Position numbers and translations under genes: made by a program. Shown in pieces: positions 8,899-18,320 of a stretch of DNA of 64,000 nt; the stretch's first letter is position 1; each line of letters starts with the position of its first letter. A model generated the notes under the pieces. That model saw only the letters and a program-made list of their open reading frames with translations, was not told the origin of the DNA and made no database searches. Location: sequence record KY555144.1; one strand, 5' to 3'.

Positions 8899-9055
8899 TT
8901 GTCACCGGCCGAACTCTTGCCCGGTGACAGTCTGGGCAAGTAAAGCTCACTCTGGATTTTATGACTTAGCGCAAAGGATTGAAATTGCTCGAAAAATTCC
9001 TCGAAGCCCATAAAGTCGTTTTCTGGCTGCTTTTGCTGGCCTGTTTGTGGCGCTT

Positions 9056-9112
9056 TTAACGCTTTGTTAACCCCTGGCCCTCTAGGGTCGAATTCCCGGC
9101 GCGGCAATCCCG
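9056..9112 (+). promoter_or_regulatory. CtrA-box promoter plus leader
   Basis: Perfect TTAA-CGCTTTG-TTAAC, CTAGGGT, GGCAATCCCG. Confidence 0.8.
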
Positions 9113-9141
9113 CCGCCCGGCCTTCCTTCGGAGCTTCCAAA

Positions 9142-9588
9142 ATGTTCGCTTCCGTGACCCTTCCCGCCCATGACGCCCAAGGCCTGAGCCTCGAAACCGT
9201 CCACATGGTTTTCGCCCGCGAACTGGCGCAACATTTCGAACACGTGATTTCCGCCCCCGTGGTCGAAAGCTGGCGCGACGAGGAAACCGGCGCCGACCAC
9301 GCGCAAGCCGCCGTTTGCTTCACCGTCTCGGCGACCCCGGCCGCGTGGGAAGCCAAGGGCGGGCGCCTCGCGCGCCGGCTGGAAAACCTCGCCGCGCGCT
9401 ATGCCGCCGACTGCGACGCCCCGGCCCTGACGGTCACCCATTGCGACGGGCTAACGGTCTATGTCGGCGCTCTGGAAGCCCTGGCGCGCCCCGCTCCGGT
9501 GCAAGGCCCGACCCGCGACGCGGACCCGGCTTTCCTCCCCCGCCAGCGTGAGGACAAGGCCGCCCGCTTCGATCGCCTGACCGCCTAG
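9142..9588 (+). CDS. Hypothetical early protein
   Basis: GGAG RBS before ATG 9142. Confidence 0.8.
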   Translation: MFASVTLPAHDAQGLSLETVHMVFARELAQHFEHVISAPVVESWRDEETGADHAQAAVCFTVSATPAAWEAKGGRLARRLENLAARYAADCDAPALTVTHCDGLTVYVGALEALARPAPVQGPTRDADPAFLPRQREDKAARFDRLTA

Positions 9589-9606
9589 CCCCTGGCCTCC
9601 CCCCTA

Positions 9607-9642
9607 GCGCACCGCCCCTAGAAAGGCGGTGCGCTTTTCTGT
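9607..9642 (+). terminator. Intrinsic terminator
   Basis: AGCGCACCGCC-CCTAGAAA-GGCGGTGCGCT followed by T-tract. Confidence 0.8.
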
Positions 9643-9731
9643 GTCTGTTTACTTGTTGTTAAGGAATAGCCTGCTAGTGTCCCCTTGTCGGCGGACGCAT
9701 CCCGCGCCCGCCCCTCTCTGGATCGCTCCCC

Positions 9732-10124
9732 ATGGCCCGCCCCTCTGACCTGCTCAACGTCAACGCCGCCCGCGTCCTGGCTTGCCTTGAGCCTATCGCC
9801 GCCGCCGCTAAGACGGCCCCGGCCGCCGACCGCGCCGCCCTTTCCTACCTGCTCGACGCTGGCGAGTATGTCGCCGCGTGGCGCCGCAACCTCACGGAAA
9901 CCGACCGCCGCAAGGCCTATGGCGCGGCCTGCGCCGCCGAAGCCCTGGCGCTCGCCAACGCCTATCAGCCCGCCACCCTGCAAGGCGGCGCCGTCCGCCG
10001 CGCTCTGGGCGCCTATGCCGCCGCCCTAAAGGTCCTGCTGGACGGGGAGCCGGTTAAGGCGGTCCGCGCCGCCGAAGGCGCGGCGCTTTCGGTCCGCGCT
10101 CGCTACGCCAACACCCGCCTTTAA
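9732..10124 (+). CDS. Hypothetical Ala-rich protein
   Basis: GGA RBS; codon bias. Confidence 0.75.
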   Translation: MARPSDLLNVNAARVLACLEPIAAAAKTAPAADRAALSYLLDAGEYVAAWRRNLTETDRRKAYGAACAAEALALANAYQPATLQGGAVRRALGAYAAALKVLLDGEPVKAVRAAEGAALSVRARYANTRL

Positions 10125-10152
10125 CCTCTTGTTAACACCCCCCGGCTATGGT
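10121..10152 (+). promoter_or_regulatory. CtrA-box promoter
   Basis: Perfect TTAA-CCTCTTG-TTAAC then GCTATGGT at the same spacing. Confidence 0.75.
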
Positions 10153-10178
10153 CGGGGGGTCGCAAGGAGACACCCGAC

Positions 10179-10373
10179 ATGACCCGCCCCGGCCCCGCCT
10201 CGCTCTTGACCCCGCAAGCCCGCTTCTCGTCGTCGCGCGTCCTGATCCTTCCGGGCGCGGCGCCTATGCCGATTCGCCAGCCGCGCGGCCTTAGCGCCGT
10301 CGAGTGCGTCGCCCTTGGCGTGACGCTGGGCGCGGCGCTCTACCTCGCCGCCCGCGTGTTCGGTCTGGTCTGA
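10179..10373 (+). CDS. Small protein with C-terminal TM helix
   Basis: AAGGAG RBS; hydrophobic tail. Confidence 0.75.
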   Translation: MTRPGPASLLTPQARFSSSRVLILPGAAPMPIRQPRGLSAVECVALGVTLGAALYLAARVFGLV

Positions 10374-10384
10374 CCAGACCCCCG

Positions 10385-10410
10385 CCCCGGCCCTACCGGT
10401 AGGGCCGGGG
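10385..10410. repeat. Perfect 26-bp palindrome
   Basis: CCCCGGCCCTACCGGTAGGGCCGGGG. Confidence 0.9.
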
Positions 10411-10819
10411 GTGTGTCCCATAATGAGACACCCCCCGCCACCTAGTATCTTTTTTGATTCGGAGGGACCCAAAGGCCCCCTACGTTAACCATTTTTCGCG
10501 GCGCCCCCCGGCGCCTACGGATCATTTTGAAAAATCGCGTTGACAAAACCAGCAATCAACGTCAAGGATCGCGACGTCGAGCAGCCCTGCCCGACACGGG
10601 CGGCCCGCCCCCCATTCGCCGCCCGACGGCCCCATCTCCGACGTCCACCGGGGGTGGGGCCTTTTCATTTTCCAGCCGGGGGACCCAAGGCCCCCTGGCT
10701 TTGTAAATCGGACCGCCAAAAGGTCCCTCCAAAAATTTTCAAAACCAGAAACGACCGGTTGACACTTCCAGACTTGGCTTCTAAGTGTTGCGCGACGACA
10801 CGCAATCGAGGAGCCCGTC

Positions 10820-11566
10820 ATGACCGACGACATCGCCGCCGCCACCCCGCTGACCAAGTTCACGCCCTACGACTGGCGCGGCTATATCGAGTTCCCGGCC
10901 ACGGTCGATCTGGCCAAGCTGGTTCAGGCCGTCTACGCCCGCTCGGTCCCCAAGGGCCTGGGCTTCCTCCACTTCGCCCCCGGCGATCTGGACGAGGGCC
11001 GCGTGACCACCGCCATCTATGACGCCCAGGAGCGCTTCACCGAGGCCGAAGCCCAGTCGGCGCTCGACTTCAACGGCGAGCCCCGCGACAGCCGTCACCG
11101 CTTCTTCGACTTCGACTATGTCGACGGCCGGGCGGTGAAGTTCAACCTCTACCGCGATCTCAACGACCGCCGCTTCTACAGCGAACTCGACTGGTACGAC
11201 CATTCCGAGTACGACGTCTTCGATCTGGTCGCCACCCTGCGCGACCTGTCCGATGCCGACACCAAGGCCTATCTTGACGCGGTCGCCGCCGCCAAGGCCC
11301 AGAAAAAGGCCGACGAGTTCGCCGCGACCGAAGCGCGCGCCCTCCTGCTGGTCCGCGCCCTGAAAAACGTCATGGGCGGCTCGGAGACCATCCCCCGCGA
11401 GGAGTTCTATCGCCGCTATGGCGGCAAGCCGAGCGTCATGTACGCCGCCGACGCCCAGGATCGCCCCTATTTCGACTACGCGTTCAACCGCGACCACACC
11501 ATTGTCACCGTCCGGCCGGACGAGGGCGGCGAGGCCCTCTACGCCCGCGACGCCGTCCCGGCCTGA
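10820..11566 (+). CDS. Hypothetical protein
   Basis: GAGGAG RBS; TTGACA promoter-like sequence at about 10759. Confidence 0.85.
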   Translation: MTDDIAAATPLTKFTPYDWRGYIEFPATVDLAKLVQAVYARSVPKGLGFLHFAPGDLDEGRVTTAIYDAQERFTEAEAQSALDFNGEPRDSRHRFFDFDYVDGRAVKFNLYRDLNDRRFYSELDWYDHSEYDVFDLVATLRDLSDADTKAYLDAVAAAKAQKKADEFAATEARALLLVRALKNVMGGSETIPREEFYRRYGGKPSVMYAADAQDRPYFDYAFNRDHTIVTVRPDEGGEALYARDAVPA

Positions 11567-11570
11567 TCCC

Positions 11571-11798
11571 ATGAGCGACGAACGCGGCCCCGGCCACACC
11601 AAGTTCTACGCCTCCGAGGACGGCAAGCACGTCATGCGCTGCCTGAACAACGACCCGGCCTGGGTCAGTCCGGTCGTCCATGACGAGGCCCCGCTGCCGG
11701 CCTGGAAGGTCGCCTCGATGTTGCAGGACGCCTATAATCTCGGTAAGCGCGAGCAGCAGGAGATCATCCGCCGCGCCATTGGAGCCTCTTCGAAATGA
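11571..11798 (+). CDS. Hypothetical protein
   Basis: ATG 11571; coupled to next gene. Confidence 0.7.
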   Translation: MSDERGPGHTKFYASEDGKHVMRCLNNDPAWVSPVVHDEAPLPAWKVASMLQDAYNLGKREQQEIIRRAIGASSK

Positions 11799-12469
11799 CC
11801 GACCTGACCCTTGGCGAGCGCTATGCGCGGGAGGCCCTGGCGCTCGCCCTGTTCGGCCAGCGCCGCACGTCCTCGTCGATCGGCGGCGCGCCAGCCTCGC
11901 TCTGGCACGAGATCGCGCCCCAGCAGCGGGAAAGCTGGCGCGAGCAGGCCGATCGCCTCGTCGCCGAGCAGGGCGGCGACGCCACGGCCGTCACCAAGGA
12001 CCAGAAGCGCAAGCTGGAGCGCTGGGAAGGCGAACTGCTCGCCCTGGCCAGCGGCCTGGACCCGGACGGCTATCACGACGCCAAGGACCACCGCGCCGAT
12101 CGCGACATCGCCTCCTATTACCAGGAGATGCAGCCCTACGACTACAAGCTCTCCAACGAGGTGCTGCTGAACGCCCACTCGCACGCCGACGCCCTGGGCC
12201 TGGACCTCCCGGCCTTTCCGACCGACTACTTCTCGCCCCAAGCGGTCGAGTCGGTCAGCCGGCGCGTCCTGACCGACTGGGAGGCCTGCATCATGGCCGT
12301 GTCGCAGAAAGACATCCCGCGCCGCTACGAGAACTACAAGTTCTCCGTCCCCTTCGCCTTCCGCTTCACCGAAGAAACCCTGACCCTCTTCAACGCCGTC
12401 ATTCCCCTGGGAACCGAGCGCGACGTCCCCAACCGCACGCCGGCCGACAACAAGAGGTACCCCGCCTGA
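11795..12469 (+). CDS. Hypothetical protein
   Basis: GGAG RBS; codon bias. Confidence 0.8.
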   Translation: MTDLTLGERYAREALALALFGQRRTSSSIGGAPASLWHEIAPQQRESWREQADRLVAEQGGDATAVTKDQKRKLERWEGELLALASGLDPDGYHDAKDHRADRDIASYYQEMQPYDYKLSNEVLLNAHSHADALGLDLPAFPTDYFSPQAVESVSRRVLTDWEACIMAVSQKDIPRRYENYKFSVPFAFRFTEETLTLFNAVIPLGTERDVPNRTPADNKRYPA

Positions 12470-12747
12470 TGCGCCGTCTCGCCATCCTCACCCTCACGGC
12501 CGCCGCGTTCGCCCTGACTGCCTGCGCCGAGCAGACCAAGGTGGACGATCAGGTCTACGCTAAGCTGGAGAACGGCTGCGTCGTCCACAAGATCGTCCGC
12601 CAGGAGAAGGGCAGCATGTTCGTCGAGGAGGTCTTCACCACCATCTGCCCAAACGGGGCGACCCGGACGGAGTGGGAGACCACCAAGATGGTCGGCAAGA
12701 CGGTGACCGTCGAAAAGCACGCCACCGAAACCCCGGCGACGCGCTAA
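12469..12747 (+). CDS. Predicted lipoprotein
   Basis: MRRLAILTLTAAAFALTA-C: signal peptide II with lipobox LTAC. Confidence 0.8.
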   Translation: MRRLAILTLTAAAFALTACAEQTKVDDQVYAKLENGCVVHKIVRQEKGSMFVEEVFTTICPNGATRTEWETTKMVGKTVTVEKHATETPATR

Positions 12748-13286
12748 TGACCGCCGCCCTGACCCTCTCGCGCCGCTTCACCCCTACCGATCTGGCCGGG
12801 GCGATGAAGATGGTCGCCCCTTACGGCATCCTGGCCGATCCCCGCGCCGCCAGCCTCGCCGCCTCCATGGGGATGGCCTCGGGCGACGCCCGGCACGAAG
12901 AGACCATCCTGGGCCTCAAGGTCCTGCTGTTCAAGAACGTCCCGGTCTGGACCGAGGCGGTGCTCGCCCTGACGGCCGAGCCGCCGGGGGAGGTCTTGCG
13001 TTTCCTGATTCTGGGGCGTAACGCCCACACCCGCTTCATCGCCCGCCGGGCCGAGGCCTGGGGCTGGCGCGAGCAGTACGACCCGATGTTCGCCACGCCC
13101 GAGAACTACTGCGCCCTGCGTGACCAGTTCCAGGCTGATTTTCCCGAGCGCCATTTTGGCGGGACCCACGGCTTGAACGCCAAGGGCCTCGCCGATCTCC
13201 TGGCCCGCGAGGACGTGCTGGACGTCCAGTTTCATGTCCCTCAGACTGAACCGGACGACCTTCTCCTGAAGGACTTCAACCCTTAG
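12747..13286 (+). CDS. Hypothetical protein
   Basis: TAATG overlap. Confidence 0.75.
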   Translation: MTAALTLSRRFTPTDLAGAMKMVAPYGILADPRAASLAASMGMASGDARHEETILGLKVLLFKNVPVWTEAVLALTAEPPGEVLRFLILGRNAHTRFIARRAEAWGWREQYDPMFATPENYCALRDQFQADFPERHFGGTHGLNAKGLADLLAREDVLDVQFHVPQTEPDDLLLKDFNP

Positions 13287-13293
13287 GCGTATC

Positions 13294-13668
13294 ATGAGCG
13301 TCAACTACTACATCGAGCGTAAAGCGCGCCATCCTCAGATCGGCCCCTGGGTGAAGGAGCTACACATCGGTCAGTGGGCCGACGGTCGCTTCCTCTTTCA
13401 GGGCGAGACCTTCCGAACCACGCGGGCGTGGCGCGACCATCTCCGGACCCTGACGGGCGACGAACGCATCGCCAGCGAGAACGGCGTGGTCATGACCCTG
13501 CGCGAGTTCTGGAACATGGTCGGCCAGACCCTGGCCAACGACACCACGCTCGACTACGCTCTGAACGTCGCCCAGGGCTTCGAGCAGTATAGCCTCGCGC
13601 GCGGCTTCCTGGAGGGACGCTACTGGATGGACGGCCCCTTCGCCTTCACCAGCAACGAGTTCCATTGA
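13294..13668 (+). CDS. Hypothetical protein
   Basis: Codon bias; tight packing. Confidence 0.75.
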   Translation: MSVNYYIERKARHPQIGPWVKELHIGQWADGRFLFQGETFRTTRAWRDHLRTLTGDERIASENGVVMTLREFWNMVGQTLANDTTLDYALNVAQGFEQYSLARGFLEGRYWMDGPFAFTSNEFH

Positions 13669-14093
13669 TGCCCGGATTTTTCGCCCGCCTGCTTTACCGG
13701 ATCGCCGGCGTCGCCCCGATTAACACGCCCAGGACCGCCGCCCTGGTCGCGGCGGTCTGGTGGACGACCCGGATGAACGTCGAGGCCGCCGTCGACCCTG
13801 GCACGAGCGACGCCGAAAAGCTCCAACTGGCCGACGCCTTCCAGGACGAGCTTTGCCGGCTGATCGACGGGTGCCTGGGGCGGATCGGCAAGCGTTCCGA
13901 GGGGCTGGCGATCGACTTTGACTACACGCCCGACCCGTTGCTGGCCGAGGCCCTGCGCAAGGCCGGCGTCTCGCGCAGCGTCTGGAGCGATCTGTGGCTC
14001 AACAAGACCCGCATGGTCGTCCAGTCCCACCAGATCAGCGTCAAGCCCGGACTGGCGGGCCAGCGCTACACCATCCCCATCGGAGAGGCCTGA
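13668..14093 (+). CDS. Hypothetical protein
   Basis: TGATG overlap. Confidence 0.75.
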   Translation: MPGFFARLLYRIAGVAPINTPRTAALVAAVWWTTRMNVEAAVDPGTSDAEKLQLADAFQDELCRLIDGCLGRIGKRSEGLAIDFDYTPDPLLAEALRKAGVSRSVWSDLWLNKTRMVVQSHQISVKPGLAGQRYTIPIGEA

Positions 14094-14395
14094 TGCCCTA
14101 CTACCGCAAGAAGCCCGTCGTGATCGAGGCCATCACCTTCGACGAACTCGTCGCCCACGGGATCGCCGAGTACAAGGCCGGGCGGGGGAACTACGTCAAC
14201 GGCATGCCCTGGTCGTTCGACTACAAGGGCCAGCGGATCACCCACGAGGACGACGACACCTATCTGATCCCGACTCTGGAGGGGACCATGACCTTCAGCC
14301 GAGGCGCGATGCTGATCACCGGGGTCCAGGGCGAAGTCTACCCGTGCGCGATGGACATCTTCGAAGCAACCTACGAGCGCGTGGAGGCCCCGTGA
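14093..14395 (+). CDS. Conserved phage protein (KKPVVIEA...IPTLEG...GEVYPC type)
   Basis: TGATG overlap; recognisable small phage protein pattern. Confidence 0.8.
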   Translation: MPYYRKKPVVIEAITFDELVAHGIAEYKAGRGNYVNGMPWSFDYKGQRITHEDDDTYLIPTLEGTMTFSRGAMLITGVQGEVYPCAMDIFEATYERVEAP

Positions 14396-14661
14396 GCAAG
14401 TCCCAGCCCAGCAAGGCCGAACTGATGGCGGTCGGCGAGCGCAAGCACGAGACCTGCCGCTACGGCCGCCTGACCGAGATGTGGACCACCAACCTCGTCA
14501 CCAACAAGGAGACGGCGGGCGTGGCGCCGCTCTGCACCTTCGATCCGCCCGGCGATCTCCCGCCGGCCCTCAAACGGGTCTGGGGTGGCATCATCGATCT
14601 TGATCGCGACTGCGCCGTCTGTCTCGCCCACCGCGAGGTCCCGCTGGAGCCGCTCCCGTGA
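14392..14661 (+). CDS. Hypothetical protein, Cys/His-containing
   Basis: GTGA overlap; GGAGG RBS. Confidence 0.7.
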   Translation: MSKSQPSKAELMAVGERKHETCRYGRLTEMWTTNLVTNKETAGVAPLCTFDPPGDLPPALKRVWGGIIDLDRDCAVCLAHREVPLEPLP

Positions 14662-14954
14662 GCAAGACCTGGGACCACCGCGTCTTCTGCCCTTGCGGCC
14701 ACAATGACGAGCACTATGGCGGCGATCCGGCCCTGGCCGGGTACTGGTACAAGAACGACGTCTGCCCCCGCTGCGCCACGCGCGGCGACCGCTGGCGCGT
14801 CTTCACCGTCCGCTGGGTCTCGAAGGCCAAGCTCTGGGCGCCGTGGACCTGGGGCCGGGGCTATTGGGAGGCCGACACTGGCGAGGCGCGCAAGCCCCTG
14901 ACCGAGGTCTGGCCGGTGCTCGCGGGCAAGGAGGCGATCCATGCCGAAATCTGA
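14658..14954 (+). CDS. Hypothetical Zn-ribbon protein
   Basis: CPCGH...CPRC. Confidence 0.7.
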   Translation: MSKTWDHRVFCPCGHNDEHYGGDPALAGYWYKNDVCPRCATRGDRWRVFTVRWVSKAKLWAPWTWGRGYWEADTGEARKPLTEVWPVLAGKEAIHAEI

Positions 14955-15342
14955 GGTCGACGGTGTCCTCGACGCGGCCTTCCCGCCGCTGGTCAAGGTC
15001 TGGACCTACGACAAGGCCCCGCGCTACCGCGCCAAGCGAGTCCTGCGCATGGAGCACCACGCCGCCCCAAGGACCATCTGGGTCGTCGGCCGGCGCCTGC
15101 CGCTTCCGTGGATCAACCTCTACTGGCCGCTGCGCTACTGGTATGTCGAGCCGGGCGAGAAGCCCGTCAAGCTCGCCGCCCAGTTCAGCACCCCCGAGGC
15201 CGCCGCCAAGTTCATCGCCACCCAGCCGGACTTCTTCCCTCACCGCCCGGCCGTGCGCCTGGATGATGTCCACTACTTCACCCAGCGGGGCGATCCGGCC
15301 ATCCTGGGCGAGCCCAAGCCCCGCAAGGAGCGTGTCTTTTGA
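14941..15342 (+). CDS. Hypothetical protein
   Basis: AAGGAGG RBS. Confidence 0.75.
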   Translation: MPKSEVDGVLDAAFPPLVKVWTYDKAPRYRAKRVLRMEHHAAPRTIWVVGRRLPLPWINLYWPLRYWYVEPGEKPVKLAAQFSTPEAAAKFIATQPDFFPHRPAVRLDDVHYFTQRGDPAILGEPKPRKERVF

Positions 15343-16004
15343 GCATCCGGATCGGCGAGCGCCACCTCGAATACACCACCGACAAGGTCTACTGGCTCCC
15401 GCGCGGCTATTCCAAGCGGAGCGGCCGGTACGTCTACCCGCACCACGGCTGGTCGTGGACCGAGTGGCGCTCGGAGGTCACCGACACCTACGAGACCCTG
15501 GAGCGCGCCCAGCAGGCGATCTCCGGCGGCTATCTCAAGGACATGATCAAATCCCAGGAGATCGTCGACATCGTCATCCTCCAGGTCCGCACGGTCCGGG
15601 AGATCGTCGAGGACCGCACCATCGTGGCCCATGACCTCGCCGGCAAGCCGCTCGACCGGGCCGAGCCGTCGGTGAACGCCCAGGGTCATGTCCTGGAGCC
15701 GGGCGTCTATGTCTTCCTCAACTATGACGGCGACGCGGACCCGTCCACCTATGCGGTCTATGGCAAGGTCCTGGCCATCCACGAGGACCGCGTCAGCCTG
15801 TGGGTGGTCAACGGAGCTTGGACCATGGTCCTGACCGCCGCCGACGGGACCTTGCGGGTCGCGCCCGAGAGCCACGGCCCCGCCGGGCGCGAGGTCTTCA
15901 TCCTCTATGCCGGCGAGCCGCCCAACCCCTTGACCGGGTCGGACTTCTACACCGACCAGTTCAACGCCTATCTCAAGTTGCGCGGCCTGGAAGACGCCGC
16001 CTGA
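15339..16004 (+). CDS. Hypothetical protein
   Basis: AAGGAG RBS; TTGA overlap. Confidence 0.75.
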   Translation: MSIRIGERHLEYTTDKVYWLPRGYSKRSGRYVYPHHGWSWTEWRSEVTDTYETLERAQQAISGGYLKDMIKSQEIVDIVILQVRTVREIVEDRTIVAHDLAGKPLDRAEPSVNAQGHVLEPGVYVFLNYDGDADPSTYAVYGKVLAIHEDRVSLWVVNGAWTMVLTAADGTLRVAPESHGPAGREVFILYAGEPPNPLTGSDFYTDQFNAYLKLRGLEDAA

Positions 16005-16012
16005 AGGACATC

Positions 16013-16624
16013 ATGACCGACTCGCCTCTTCACCCGACCGACCGCGCGATCCTCGACCTCCTCCAGGAGGAGGCCGCCGAGACCCTGCTGGAATTCGCCC
16101 CGGTGATCGGCCGGCTGGTCAAGATCGCCTCCAAGGTCAAGCGCTTCGGCAACGGGACCAACCCGTTCGATCCGGGCGCCAAGCCCAATCTCGAACTCCT
16201 GGAGGACGAGATCGGCGACCTGGAGGCCCTGGTCGACCTCCTGGCCGAGCGCGGTCTGATCTCGCGCGAGCGGATCGCCGCCCGCAAGGTCTGGAAGCGT
16301 GGCATGCTCAAGACCCACGGGACGCTGCCCGAGGACGCCTTCTCGGCCGAGAACCTCCCGCCCATGCGCGCTCCTGGACATGGTCTTGATCCGACCAACC
16401 CGATCGTCCAGGCCGCCAAAGCCGTGCGCAACGGCGGCTACACCGCCCTCTTTGGCGGTCACGCCCCGTCGGCCGAGCCGCCCGAGCCGGGCAAGCCGCT
16501 CTACATCCGCTTCATCGACAGCCAGTCGATCCATTCCAACCGCTTCCTGGCCTGGGAAGAACTGAGCCGCACCGACCGCCAGCGGTGGAACGACGCGGCC
16601 GAGGCCGGCAAGATCGCCCCGTAA
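16013..16624 (+). CDS. MazG-like nucleotide pyrophosphohydrolase domain protein
   Basis: LQEEAAE...LEDEIGDL acidic helix pair; AAGGA RBS. Confidence 0.6.
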   Translation: MTDSPLHPTDRAILDLLQEEAAETLLEFAPVIGRLVKIASKVKRFGNGTNPFDPGAKPNLELLEDEIGDLEALVDLLAERGLISRERIAARKVWKRGMLKTHGTLPEDAFSAENLPPMRAPGHGLDPTNPIVQAAKAVRNGGYTALFGGHAPSAEPPEPGKPLYIRFIDSQSIHSNRFLAWEELSRTDRQRWNDAAEAGKIAP

Positions 16625-16634
16625 CGAGGACCCC

Positions 16635-17204
16635 ATGACCCAGCTTCTCCCCGACACCCTCTATGTGACGTCCCAGGACCTGCCCGAGGGTCCCGTCTAC
16701 AGCGCCACGACCCAAGAAGGCCTGTCCGGCGCCGTGCGCTACACGCGGTTCGATCACGACCAGCATATCAAGGCCGCTCAAATGCTTCTGGCCGGCGCCA
16801 CGATCCACGAGGCCCACGGGCAGTACGGCATCGCCGCCGGCCTGAAGGCGGCCGTGACCGAGGCCGGCGTCAACATCGTCGGCGAGGCCTCCGACCTCCT
16901 CAAGGCCCAGGAACTGACGATCGCCCAGTTGCGCCGCCAGCACAACGACCTCCTGGTCGCCAACAACCACTATCTGGCCGACGCCCGTGCCGCGCGGGCC
17001 GGCGAACCGGCTCCGGACGCCTCACCCGAGGTCCTCGCCGCGATCCGGGCGATCGGCGTGGCTGATCTCCAGCGCAAGGCCAAGGACTACCTGGAGGACT
17101 ACGAGTACCGGGGCGAGTTCGGGACCTTCCAGCCCGGTCCGCAGGAACGGATCGTGCTCGACGATCTCCTGCAAGGCTTCCTGGCCCTGATCACCGAGGC
17201 CTGA
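16635..17204 (+). CDS. Hypothetical protein
   Basis: GAGGA RBS. Confidence 0.8.
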   Translation: MTQLLPDTLYVTSQDLPEGPVYSATTQEGLSGAVRYTRFDHDQHIKAAQMLLAGATIHEAHGQYGIAAGLKAAVTEAGVNIVGEASDLLKAQELTIAQLRRQHNDLLVANNHYLADARAARAGEPAPDASPEVLAAIRAIGVADLQRKAKDYLEDYEYRGEFGTFQPGPQERIVLDDLLQGFLALITEA

Positions 17205-17205
17205 C

Positions 17206-17436
17206 ATGGACGAAGCGGCCATCCGAGAGGAGTTCGAGCGCCGGATGTTGACGCTGATGCGCAACGCCCCGCCCGGCTATGTCCAAGCCGCGCTGGAACG
17301 CCGACCGGATGGACGCTACGTCCAGATGACCATCCAGCGCAACTACCGTCACTTCCGGATCGGCTTCGAGATGGGCTACATCGCCCGCGCCAAGGACGAC
17401 GCCCTGAAGGGCATGAAGAAGGGCTCCAAGCGGTGA
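17206..17436 (+). CDS. Hypothetical protein
   Basis: GAGG RBS. Confidence 0.7.
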   Translation: MDEAAIREEFERRMLTLMRNAPPGYVQAALERRPDGRYVQMTIQRNYRHFRIGFEMGYIARAKDDALKGMKKGSKR

Positions 17437-17651
17437 TCCCCTACGATCTGCGTCAGCAGCATGACGAGTGGGGTAACGCCGAGCACCTCCTGTCGCCGCT
17501 CGACGCGGGCAAGCTGCGCGACAACGACTGGCTCCGCGTCTCGGGCGATTGCGTCTGCGCGGTCTGTGGCAAGCTCTACTACGACCACCCGCCCGTCCTG
17601 GGCGCGCTCTGGCTCAACCGCATCTGCGATGGGAACTTGGTGAAGCTCTGA
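17433..17651 (+). CDS. Hypothetical Zn-binding protein
   Basis: CAVC...H...C; GTGA overlap. Confidence 0.7.
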   Translation: MIPYDLRQQHDEWGNAEHLLSPLDAGKLRDNDWLRVSGDCVCAVCGKLYYDHPPVLGALWLNRICDGNLVKL

Positions 17652-17818
17652 TGAAGGACGACAAGGGCCTCCCCATGGCCTTCACCCTGATCGGGGCGAT
17701 CGCCCTGATCATCATCCTGTCGACGATCTTCCTCGGAGTCGCGCGGCGCTATGGCTGGACCGAGCCGAAGCTGGACCTGAATCTGGACCCGCCCGAAACT
17801 GTGAGGCCCATTCGATGA
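17651..17818 (+). CDS. Small membrane protein
   Basis: TGATG overlap; one TM helix. Confidence 0.7.
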   Translation: MKDDKGLPMAFTLIGAIALIIILSTIFLGVARRYGWTEPKLDLNLDPPETVRPIR

Positions 17819-18021
17819 TCAATCCCGACGGCGTTCTGATCAAGACCTGGGAGGTCCACTGCCGGGCCTGCCAGGAGCCCTATTTGGGCATCCGGGGCGA
17901 CATGTCCCAGGCCCAGGCGGAGCTTCGCAAGATGGGCTGGCGCACGCGCGGCGGGCGCTGGGTCTGCGCGGTCTGCGAGCCGGGCGTGCCAATCGGCCAC
18001 CGGTGGACAGATGAGCCCTGA
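17815..18021 (+). CDS. Hypothetical Zn-ribbon protein
   Basis: CRAC...CAVC. Confidence 0.7.
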   Translation: MINPDGVLIKTWEVHCRACQEPYLGIRGDMSQAQAELRKMGWRTRGGRWVCAVCEPGVPIGHRWTDEP

Positions 18022-18112
18022 ATGACTTACCTGTCGTCCATATAGGGCCATTACGCCTTACCTGTAAGGCGCCCAGAAATGGGCTAGTCGCGGCTCCAAG
18101 CCCTCTGGAGGG

Positions 18113-18316
18113 CTACTTTTCCATGAATTTCCGCACCTGGAGGTAGCGCCCGAGCAGATCGTGGAGCACCTCGGCCTCCTTGAGCGTGATGATCTGCTCG
18201 CCGAGCGACGTCGGCCCCTCTAGGGCTACGAGGACCTGATCGTCGACGGCGTCCTCGACCGTGACGACGATCGGGTTGCCGAGTTCGTTGATGAAGGCCT
18301 TCTGAAGCTGTCGCAC
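18113..18316 (-). CDS. Hypothetical protein
   Basis: AAGGAG RBS on minus strand, downstream of the protease gene. Confidence 0.7.
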   Translation of the reverse strand: MRQLQKAFINELGNPIVVTVEDAVDDQVLVALEGPTSLGEQIITLKEAEVLHDLLGRYLQVRKFMEK

Positions 18317-18320
18317 GGTG

